A stretch of 61,991 nucleotides of DNA, counting the filler, from Sphacelaria rigidula (taxonomy: Eukaryota), in assembly GCA_964200075.2 (NCBI GenBank). It is 9 parts of 9 records of this genome, joined end to end, with 100 filler letters (N's around TTAATTAATTAA, not from the genome) between each part and the next. Parts side by side here need not be neighbours in the genome. Positions count along the whole stretch, not along the records: positions 6,900 to 13,698 come from CAXNAA020018022.1; positions 13,799 to 20,597 come from CAXNAA020018023.1; positions 20,698 to 27,496 come from CAXNAA020018024.1; 6 more parts are not named here. One strand, given 5' to 3'. Positions 10,701 to 21,710 of this stretch are shown here, in pieces. The stretch's first letter is position 1. Every line of letters starts with the position of its first letter. The notes under the pieces are model-generated. The model was not told the DNA's origin, ran no database searches, and saw only the letters and a list, made by a program, of their open reading frames with translations. The position numbers were made by a program, and so were the translations under genes.

Positions 10701-13620
10701 TGGAACTGCACTCATGGATGACGCCTCCTTCACAACCCGAGTAGGTATACATAGTGGAGTGCATGCAACACGCCCTTTGATAGCCGTTGCCCTGCCCGGC
10801 ATTGGCTTGCCACAAACTTTCATCACAGCCAGCTGCTGGCAACACATGATGAACGCTGGAGCAGCAGATAAACATTGCCTTTCTACTGTTCCGCCTCGTG
10901 TTTTTGGCGGGTTTGGTGCCTCCACTCCCCTTACGGTTGATCAATCAGTATGACTCAGTGTGCAATTCTTCGATGACACGGGTCCCACGGCACGATTAGC
11001 TGTGTGGGCACTTATTGTGCCCGATGGTTCCATGTCGGTTGATGTTCTCTTGGGACGTGATAGCTGGCTACGTTTTCCCACATATACATACACGACGAAC
11101 TCACCTGTTTTGCACCGACCACTGACAGGCACATTAAAATTGGGACATCACGACGTTGATCCAGGGGCTCAGGTTTATGTCGATGACCCAACACAAACAG
11201 GTGATGCTTTTCGACTGTATTATGTTGGAGACCACGTCGTCTCTCTGTCCCGTGAACCTCAACACATCCATGTTAATCTTGTGAGACGGAACGGATCCCC
11301 CGCCCTCACTGGACAGTACTTGGTCGACTTAACCAATCCCAACCACACCCCAGACAGTATTCCCCCCTTTGATCAGACCGATGTATTTGTCCATGAGGGT
11401 CGGCAATCCATTCCCCTCACGTCCTCTGCATGTCTCGATGTCCTCCCTGGCCAGTTGTTGGGTTTTGCTCGAGCACCCCTCCTACGGGCAGCCTTGTCGA
11501 ATGTATGTCTGAAGGTGCCACCGCAAACATCATCAGACAGCTCAGAGACAAACGGTTCCACTTCGGGCGACAAGACTGACCCCATGGTTGTAGACGAATC
11601 GACTGATACGCCCAAAACAAACCCTCCGACTGCCTTACTAGATACATTCTCGTCAGAGCAACGTGTTAGTTTTCAACAATTATGGGATGAAATTCCCCCC
11701 CCCATTTGAGACACATTGCGTTTGATTTATCTGGTGAGGGTTGGACACCCACGGTGATTGATCGGTTACGCTCCATCTTGATACGATACTCTGAACGGTT
11801 TTCCAAATCATCAACAGATTGAGGCCGCTGCAACACTATACCGTTCGAAATCAACATTCCTGATGGTACGACACCTATCGCCATGCGTCCGTACCGTACA
11901 AACCCTCTTATAGCGGGTAAAATTCAAGCAGTTCTCGACGAATACTTGTCCGCCGGGTTAATACGGCACTCAACGTCTCCGTGGGCCTTTCCTTTGGTAG
12001 TCGTCCAGAAGAAGAATGGTAAGATCCGACTGACCGTCAATTATCAACGATTGAACGCAGTCAACAAAATCGCACGTCTACCTCTTCCCCATATAGATAA
12101 AATCATCGATTCCCTCGGCGGGGGAAAAGTTTTTTCGAACTTCGACATGCAGTCCGGTTACCACCAACTGGTGATGGATCCGCACTCTATCGAGCTGACG
12201 GCGTTTTGCACCCCGTCAGGTCTATATGAGCGGCTGGTCACTCCACAAGGTGCCGCCGGCGCCCCAGGAGCGCTTCAACGTGTGGTGTCTCGCGTCATTG
12301 ATGGACTGTCCAAATGCCGCATGTACCTCGGCGATGCGGTGGTTAACGGCAGTACACCTGCTGAACACGTCGAACATTTGGCATCCTTCTTTGCTCGTTT
12401 TGAACACAATTTGAAGCTCGACACCTTCCAAACCACCTCTGCCCACCATAGTCGAAACCTCGACTGTGCCTCCTCCACCCCGTGATGGTACCACCTCCGG
12501 TACCACACCATCCGACACCCTCGACAACGTAGGAATAGAGGTGAACGTTCCGTTTGAGAATACACTGACCAACCCCTCTGACCTTGATCCAAATAACGCC
12601 TCGTGTCCATCCCACAGCGATTCGATCCCCTGCGTTTTGGACAACCCCTCCGACAGTGATTTCAAGGAACTGACCCTCTTTTCTCACGCCGATTGGGCCC
12701 GGGAACAGCAAGCTGAACCTGCTTGTAGAGCACCTATACATTATCTATCCAAAGGATGCCCCTTCCCCTTTCCAGAAACTGAGTTCTCTTTGCCAGTAGG
12801 GCCCCACCGAGCCCTCCCACAGGATGAAGTTACTGAATTATCGCGTACAGGCATGCTTTATACGGATGATGATGGCGTTGTTATTTTAGTTCACCGCCCC
12901 CCCACGAAACCTCCTGGAGGGAAACCTACAAGTAGTTACGCCCGTTTGTTGGGTGATGCCCCCGTACGTGTTTATGTGACACTTTCTACGATAGCCCCCC
13001 CCAAAACCAGCCCAAAAGTGTCACGAAAAAAATGGCCATACAGCGCCTGATGTTTGAGTTCAGGCTCCATAAAGCGCCTCATACTGGCGACATTGGCTAG
13101 AACGAACCCAAGCGTGGGATCCCCCAGCTACTCGTTGTGCTCGGCTTTTCCCACTTCGATTTACGTGAAGATTTTACCTCCAAAAACCATGCACTTTTTT
13201 GGGGGGGCTATCGTAGAAAGTGCCATGTTCCGATGCTTCTGCGTCCATGGGTTCTCCATGAATGCCACTCACAAGCATCCATACATCTGGGCGTCGCTAG
13301 GACCTCCCAGATGCTTCAGCGTTTTGTTTTGGTGGATTTGTATGGACCATGTGTGCGTTGGTGGGTTCGGCAGTGTCTTCTTTGCCAAGCACGCAAAACT
13401 CCGCGTCAAACAGTTAGATGGCCGGTAATCTCTATGCCCCTTCCCAATGGGCCTGGTGAAATAGTTTCATGGAACTACTTTGGCCCCCTGCCCCTCACTG
13501 ATAGTGGTAACAAGTACATTTTGTTGTTTACGGATCTGTTCAGTCGACATGCTGTGATGAATGCTGTTCCGGCGGCCAACTAAAGTGCAGGAGGGACTGC
13601 CAACGTCCTTGTGTACACAT
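10700..13620 (+). mobile_element. Degenerate Ty3/gypsy LTR retrotransposon pol (protease - RT - integrase)
   Basis: Protease remnant VDVLLGRDSW. RT: RPYR...IRHSTSPWAFPLVVVQKKNGKIRLTVNYQRLN...FDMQSGYHQL...TAFCTPSGLYE...MYLGDAVV (YxDD decayed). Integrase HHCC: HECH...HLG...CLLC. Core start: YFGPLPLTDSGNKYILLFTDLFSRH. Stops and frameshifts present. Confidence 0.92.
12978..13224. mobile_element. 247-bp MITE inserted in the gypsy integrase, 4-bp TSD ATGT
   Basis: TIRs gacactttctacgatagcccccc / ggggggctatcgtagaaagtgcc. ATGT at 12974-12977 and 13225-13228. Excision restores ...VRVYVPMLLRPWVLHECH. Confidence 0.9.
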
Positions 13621-16600
13621 ACATACATACATGGAACAACAAATTGTGCAAATTGAGGTTTAACTCCGAGATGAGGTTCAAGCCTAAAACAGTGCTTTNN
13701 NNNNNNNNNNNNNNNNNNNNNNNNNNNNNNNNNNNNNNNNNNTTAATTAATTAANNNNNNNNNNNNNNNNNNNNNNNNNNNNNNNNNNNNNNNNNNNNCC
13801 TCTCTCCAAAAAGAATACCCGGCCAATTTACAAACCACTAAGGCAAACCACAAATAATTACTCCCCCCCCCCCCCCTATCGTAGGATGACTCTGCCGTCC
13901 GAATTTTTGGACTTCTCTAATAATGAAGCTTCGGAGAAAAAATCACGCCACTTTATTCTCGGAGAGGTGTGAATGCAGAGTCCGAAAACTCTGAAATTTT
14001 CCGAGATATCTGGAGAAAATGCCGATAATAATGGGCCGAAGTGAATTCATCATACGAACGCCGAGGAAGACTAACCCTGACCTCAATTCTGAACTTGAGT
14101 CTCTACATGGCAGATGGGTGTCCTAGATGAATTCAACATCTGAAATGGATGTCCCGGATAAATGTGAGACCTCCGATGGATACCACATGTGGACGAAATA
14201 CCCCAGATGAGAACCCATATCCTAGGCGAATGTCCGAAATGTATATGACAGTCCAAATGCACATCCCCGCCGCGTGATATGCAATAATGCATCACCGCGA
14301 ATATTGCCTACTGTGCATATCATTTCGTGTAGAGCTGCAAGCTGTGCGAATCGCTGCAAAAATTCGCCCACATCTCTGTTGGCGTGGTTGTACAATCTGC
14401 ATTTTTAACAGTCCAACAATGTCAAGTTGCTCGCATTCCTTTCGTTTGCAGACTGCACGGCACACATTGCCTCGCTAGCTTGTTGGCGTCCGCAGGATGG
14501 CGATCGATGTATGAAACACTCCGGCAAAGCTTCAACTCCGTGCAGCCGTCACCCGCGACCTGTATTCCTCAGATGGAGGATTGGGAAGAGATGCACCATG
14601 TCTGCGAGCACTACTTTTGCAGGTGCGTGCGTGTCTAGCCCCCACCGTCCCACAGAGAGATTGAGAGGGCGGATTGCTCTAAGGTCAAACTGTTGATTAT
14701 TTTCACATCGAAGACCCGAAGTGTTTTGGGATGATCATCAAACAGTGAGGAGTCAGGTACTCCGCCTTCATTAATTTTCTGTTTCGTTAAATATGAAATA
14801 TCAAGATTGGCCTTGTTGGCGCTTCCGTAGAGTGATTGTCCGCCAATTTTTCGGCGTATACTTTAGTACACAGGTCACCGGATCTCATTCATGACACTGA
14901 GAGTGATGCGCACCTGCATATTCATCAAGTTCTATGCCTGAAGCCATCACGCCAGATGTTTCATTACTAGCCATCTGCCCAACCGCTGGACATCCCCCTC
15001 GTTTGCCCATAGGGCCCTGGCGCCGCTTTGGCCAGCCGTCGTTCGGGCTGACGACGTCCAAGATGGCGATGGTGCCCAATCGGGCTGTGGGCATGGCCAC
15101 TTCGACGATGCTAGAAAAATAACGGACTGCTGTGCTGACCAAAGCAAGGTGCAGTTACCGGAACAGACTGCAGCACAGGTTGCTGTTTTGGTGACAGCAC
15201 AAGGGTCTCCAGTACAGTCTGGCAAACCCGGGCACAGCGACGAGAAATCCGAGGCGAAGCGTGTACCCTTCACGGCAGGCTCCGACACAGATGAAGTTGC
15301 GGAGCGGACGTCGGCACCGTCGATGGCAGAATACTCCAATATTGCGGTAGAGATTCATGAAAACACCCTCCAGCCGGTCAAGGTTGAGGTCACACGAGAG
15401 TGCAGGGAACCCCCGAACAGCAGCGACGATTCGTTGGCGGCGAGTGACAAGAGGTCGGGTAGGGCGGTGATATGTGACACCGATACCGAGAGCGTTGGGC
15501 AATCAGGTGGTGTGATGCTTGTGTCGGTGTGTTGTAACGGTGCGGTATATGGCGGTGAGCAGGTTGGTTCGGTAGACGATTGGAATTTGAGGTCTGAGGA
15601 TTGGATGGATGTGGCAGACACGTTGCTGTCTGTGCCAAGCGTGTGATCACCAGCATGGTGAAACGGTTATTTGTACGAGGCACGTTACTGATGGACTCCA
15701 GGATTGGTTTATGGTGCTGCTTGAGTGTTTTTAGTCCAGGCGGTGAGAGTGAAGGGTAGCATATTACTCCATGAGCCCATTCAGTTGCGTTTAGGTAGGT
15801 CACGTCTGAGGGATAACCCGACAGTGAGTTCGCCCCACGGCTGCTACGGTACCTCGTTTACCAGCTTTACACGCGGAGGACAAAACGTGTGAAACATGTA
15901 TCTTGTCCATTGACATGCTGATATTCAAGTAGTACAGTCGACACGCGGCTACTTTTATCTGGAAAACGCTGTAATGGACATTGTTGTGGCCAACAGTACA
16001 GGTTTGTTGGGGGTGAGGGTCGGGTCGGGTGAGGCACTGCACGAGGTGTACATAGGAGGGGTGTTGGCGTCGCGTACTGAATCAGAGGATTATAGTGCAA
16101 GCTATCGATGATTTACTGCTGGTGCCGGGAAAGAACTACACTGCGGCTAAGTAGTGAAATCGGCTCCATTTTCCATCGTCTTGTAATACGGGATATGGTC
16201 GGCATTATCGACTGCGTTTGATCGATGATTCTTTAGTTGGTGATCTTCGTCTGCGCGCTCACGTTGGTTTCGGCATGAAGATGTTTTATACCGTCCTTCT
16301 GGCTTGAATCGTTGGATTTGATTGGTCCACATGGCATCCAACGTTTTCATGGTTGACTATAGGACACTGGGCATTTATGCTGATAGGGTTATAGAGTGTT
16401 TAGGCTAGACACGCCCTGTCTCTTTCAGTGCCGTCCTTTATTTGACGATGTTCGGCTGCGCTCACCCATTTTGTTCGTCATAAAGTATGTATATATCTCG
16501 CAAAAGATAATTTGCATAAGCCAACCCCAACCACGATACCACTATCTCGTGGGAGAGAGTGACATGGCCTACAGACTACTGTGGGTTTTGTAAAGCGGTG

Positions 16601-17656
16601 ATGCAACACATCGTCTAGGCGCTGGGTCATGGTGACATCGTTGACCTCCAGGCTCAATCCTGCAGCTGCGGAGTTTTACGGTATACTGAGAGCGAAACTG
16701 AATCCCCCGGCTGTGGAGTTCACCCGGCGTTAGGACAGTCATGGAAAGCAAGCTAATGGAGATGAGATACGTGTGAGTAAGTGCCATGTTCGGTGGGCTG
16801 GAGATCGTGGCCGATGCGGGCTGGAAAGGCTGCACCCTCCCCGCGAGACCGAAATGGAAGGTAAGTCCCATGACCGAAGTGCCAAAGGAAACGTGGCACA
16901 CAGAAAATGGAGAGTAGAACGAAGACAACAACGTGAAACATGGAGGGGACTAGTGACGGGTCACGTATAGGAGAGACCAAAGTGGCGACCTAGTACGTCC
17001 GTACACTGTTGCTCACGGGAAGGAACGGGGCTGGTCATGATGAGATCATTCTGCAGAAATGTCAGGGCGTCGGATGTGATGTCATCGGACTGCAGTAGAC
17101 AATGAGAGCGGGCCGCACCGAGCGTTGCGATGGGATATCGTGTCTTCTGCTGCGGGGCGGAAGGGGGCATGGGAAGGGCTAGACGACATACGGTGGGGTT
17201 GGCGATCACGGAGTCCATCATCAGTAAGGGGACGTTTTTACGGAATCAGAAAAGTGGGAACGCGACGTGGGAGTGATGGTGATTCTGGTAGTTTGGGACT
17301 ATTCTCCGGGTGTTCCGCGATTGGTTATGAGTTGACGCCAAATTCTCATCTCCCCCGAAATAACTCTCACGAAAACAATTGATTGGGGAATTAATTTGCG
17401 TGAGAGCGAACGAATATTCGCGTGAGAATGCGAAGAGGAACGTCGTGTGTGTTTGCAAGGCGTTGCTGTTCGGCTCTTCATGAGGCGCACACCTGGCCGT
17501 CACATCACCAGCCATGCAGCATTCCCCACGCTGGCTGGCTTTGATTCCGTCACCAGTAGTAGCCACGCGTGGGATACACACCCGACGTGCACAGCTCCCA
17601 GAGAGAGACGCTCACAGCTCTATCTACCAGTACTTTGCCGAGTGAGCAAGTACGAA

Positions 17657-17931
17657 CCAGTGGTTTCCAGTAGGGTCGCGATCACGCGCAAGGTGAGTGA
17701 GCGTTGTAGCACGGCCGAAACCCGGACCGCCTCTTGCGTGAGGAAGAGCAGCAGCATCAGCAGCAATGGTGGGATCGCCTGATTCAGCCCCAGCCCAAAC
17801 CACACACATCTGCTGGTCATGAAGATGATGCTGCTGCTACTTCTTCCCGTGCGGAAGATGATCACCGTTTTGACCCGCGACGATGCCCGTAGACTTCGCG
17901 CGTGATTGCCACCCTGCTGGAAACTCGCTGG
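17657..17931. repeat. Inverted-repeat-bounded dispersed repeat
   Basis: 17657-17692 pairs with 17894-17931. The interior (about 17780-17860) resembles 20733-20822. Confidence 0.65.
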
Positions 17932-18189
17932 TCCGTTCGCGCGTTGATACCGTCACCGCATCTTCAGTACGTATCGTGATATGCTTACCCTAGATTGGAA
18001 CGGCGCGGGATTTTTCGTGAGAGTGAAGCTGTGAACCGTCATTTTACCACTCTCACAAAATTGCTTACTTTCCTTGTTTTGTTGAAACATCGCCCCAGGC
18101 AACGTAAACTCGGGCACTCGTCAGCAAACGCCTCATGTGGATGACTTTCAACGTGGGGAAATCAAGTCTTGCTACATTTGTAGTTCTCT

Positions 18190-19230
18190 ATGCCTTCTTT
18201 ACAGACACATCAAAGTCAACAGAAGAGACATGCGTTCTGGACTGACTTGAACGGCAATGTGAACCGAGTGCCGAGCAAATACCATCTGTTTATTTTCATG
18301 GACAGCGCTAGGGCTGGGGCACGAACAAGCGAAGAGGAATGTAAATATTGGGGACATACGGCCGGGGTCCCGATCGAACGACGTTGACGGCGCCTCTCCA
18401 CTACAATCTGCAGATGACAAGAGGCTTGTCATGGTCAACATTTTCACTCCCAAGGGAAGCACATCGCGGACGTTCTACAGTGTTGCGACTCGTCCCGCGG
18501 ACAAATATCGCGCTATTGAGTACATCCTCACACGGCAAGATCACCAGACGCTCGTTCGCAATGCAGCCGTCTACCCTCAACCACTCAACTCGCCGGACTC
18601 TGACCACAGTGTTGTATTATGACCCTCAGGATGGCTTCTCCGTTGCTTTGCAGACGACAGGACTCACCGAATCCGAATTTGGCGCAAGAATCTCGACAGG
18701 AGGGCAATAGTATCTGACACCGATATACGTGGGCAATTGACCAAGCTCATCATCAGCGAGCTCAAACGGGGTAGACCTAGCGATAGAGTCGGTACACGGG
18801 CTGCGAACGCTTGCCGACGTACTCAAGAGTGCCGCTGAAAAGGTGGTACCCCGTCTGACTCCAAAGCAGCGTCTACCGTGGTGGTTCGAGGATTTACTAT
18901 CCGAACGGAGTTCGAACAGGCTCGAAATGAAAAGGAAAGTGCAACATCGACGGTGCGACTGGGACCATCGAGAGACGAAACTGCATCGGACTCAATATTA
19001 GCAGCGTGCAAATTGGTCAAAGAGGTGATACACGTCGGGGTGGACAGGCACCTGGGTGTATATGCTAGAGAGTCGGAGGAGTATGTTCGAGTTGCGGACA
19101 CGAAAGGATCGTATCAAACCCTCAAAGGAGGGTGGAGACTGTCGGGACGACAACCAGAGAACGAGCAGTACATGCATGATGAGGGCGGGAATATACTGCG
19201 GGACAAAGGCTTTTTAAGTGCACACATGGG
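18190..19230 (+). mobile_element. Degenerate LINE fragment (APE endonuclease C-terminal half and linker)
   Basis: Motifs HLFIFMDSARAG (cf. GDFNA/MDANA), AIEYILTRQ (cf. RIDYI) and PDSDHSVV (SDH), in APE order. Frameshifted. Confidence 0.75.
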
Positions 19231-19340
19231 GTGCCTGCAACCTCACATTTGGACGTTACAGACCTTGCACAAGGTGAATAACGTCCAAATGTGAGGTTGC
19301 AGGCACCCCAGTGGCCACCCGTGCAGTTCCACTTCATAAG

Positions 19341-19473
19341 GTGTAGTAGTTGTCAATAGCTACCAGCAAGTGAAGAAATGGAACCATATTTCGAAGATTT
19401 GGTGTAGGTACAAGGATGTTACTTCTCCGGGTTCTCATCCTCGAAACAAATCCATCCCCAATTTGTAAAATCC
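19341..19473 (+). repeat. Dispersed repeat, also at 21239-21373
   Basis: Both copies read gtgtagtagttgtcaatagcta...tatttcgaagatttggtg...aatttgtaaaatcc. Confidence 0.8.
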
Positions 19474-21710
19474 GGAGTTACGATCGGTAGCGCCGTCTAC
19501 GCCGTTGTCATCGGCGTTGTCGCTTACACCATCACCCTCTGCAACGAAACCGGTGCCGACCACACTTCCAACCGCGACGCCAGCACCGACGTCTTTCGTA
19601 CCCTCGCCACCAGTAAACATCACCAGCTTTGCAATGGACAACCAAGGAATCCCCCGAGCAATATGGCAGCGGCTGAGTTGATCGGTTGGGGGGGGGGGGG
19701 GAATAGGGGGGACAATGGAACTCTAGAACTCCAAAGAACAGGACTTCGCCGTCTCGCGCTGAACGATGAGTTGCCTCTACCGATTAACATTGCAGGTAGA
19801 ACGAGTAGTGCAACGAGGGCGATAGCATACGCGGGGGAAAATGGGCTACAAGTCACGATAGACTTCGCGATACGCGGAAGCAAAAATGACTAGCGAGAGT
19901 GCTGGCAAAAGCGAAAGCGGGGGGGAAAGTGAGGCTGCGAAAGAAGAATCGTATCTGGTGCTGGCAGGATTAGCGAAAGAAAAGTACGAGACGACCGACA
20001 TGATCACCGCGGCGGCAAGCCCAGAGGCGGGATGTAGTGCCAAAGTGATGATTGAAGAACAGTAGCCGACCACGAGTGTTTTTGGTTCGCTGCGGGAACG
20101 GCAAACGAACAAATAGGATGACTCATGTTCGGTCTGCGTTCTCCAATTGGCTTGCACATGTTTGATGTGAGCGCACCCATGAATATAGATGAAGTAGTAA
20201 AGTCGGAGTGCAGCGAAATGTGGGTCAGTTGATACAAACGGAATAGTGTTGGCCACAGTGGTCGTCCACATGCATGTCTCTACTGTACAAGTCGAGTACT
20301 AGAGCGAACAAAAGTAGCATTTCGATCATGCAAGTTACGATGTTTCGCTAGCTCATGCATGATATGACTTACTTTTACTGTAGGATTACACATTTCACCA
20401 TTCCATTTGTGCACAAAGTTCGATTTTACCATCCTGCCGATCTTCTTGCATCTATCTGCTCGTTGCCTGAATCAACCTCGTTACAGTTTCACCGTTATGC
20501 CTGAAACAAGAGCAAGCTTACAGCACTTGAGAAAGTCCAATGCAGAACGATATACGATGAACGTCACGATATCTTGATCACCGCTTCAGGTCGATTCNNN
20601 NNNNNNNNNNNNNNNNNNNNNNNNNNNNNNNNNNNNNNNNNTTAATTAATTAANNNNNNNNNNNNNNNNNNNNNNNNNNNNNNNNNNNNNNNNNNNNGCT
20701 GGACAGCGCTGACACACACACGAATCGGCACCGGCTGATTTAGACCCACTCCCAGCCGCGTACATCTACTGGCAGTAAAGATGCTGCTGATACTGCTGCT
20801 GTCGCTTCTTCTCGTGCGGAACACGATTAGAACGGCGCGTGATTTCTCGTGATGTCGCAGAACATCTGTGTTGTTTTCTGTTGAGTGTAGTACTCTTGAG
20901 TGCATGTACCACTGCAAAAGTATCTTGTCTTCAGTGCACTGCCCTGTACTCGGGATAATGGGGTCATGGTTTGAGCAATTTTTCAAAAAGTTCTGCTGGT
21001 TTAAAAAAAAAAAAAAATCCGCTCGTTTTTGAAACGTATTCCGAAAAAAACGAGACTGTTTTCTGTCACAGAAATCTGTAGCCGAATCTGGAATAGCCTG
21101 AGACAACAACCAATTTGAACATTGGAAAACCTCATCAAGGAGAATTTCGGGGATCTGATCGTATCACCAAATTCCCCAAAAATGTTTTTTCACCTGGGAC
21201 CCCAACAAGACGGTCATCACGATCAAATTTCGGATGCCGTGTAGTAGTTGTCAATAGCTATCAGTACGTGAAGGAGTGGGACAGTATTTCGAAGATTTGG
21301 TGCGGTAACGAACATTTTAATTATCCAGGTTCTCACCCCAAGTAAAAAAATCAATCCCGAATTTGTAAAATCCTGTGTCGTTTGTGCTGAAAGCAATTGA
21401 GCTGCTTCTTTTTCAGACGAACTCCACACTTCATATACCATACCCTAGGAGTGGTGACGGGCGGGAACGCGAACCGTGGCCGCCAAATATCGGCGTACCA
21501 TGGCGATCGCAAGTCACCCGCAGACGATTCAGCCTTGAACATAGCTTCTCCGATATGCCGCGTGTTGGGCCGTAGATCCTCCCAAAGGGACTCGTGTGGA
21601 CTGTTCCTACTTTGGGGATGCTTCAAGCTGACATTTAATACGAAGAATCTTGCACGCGAAAATCCGCAAACATTCCACGTTTCTTCTGTTGGCGCAAAAC
21701 TGAGTGTCAC

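Noticed and set aside
9294..10721. 475-aa ORF as a host gene
   Set aside because: Low-complexity, no ATG-anchored domain, directly upstream of gypsy pol. Treated as TE sequence.
14947..15100. GARALWANEGDVQRLGRW resembling a tyrosine-recombinase C-terminus (DIRS/Ngaro)
   Set aside because: No HxxR motif or catalytic Tyr in the expected positions. Too weak without an HMM search.
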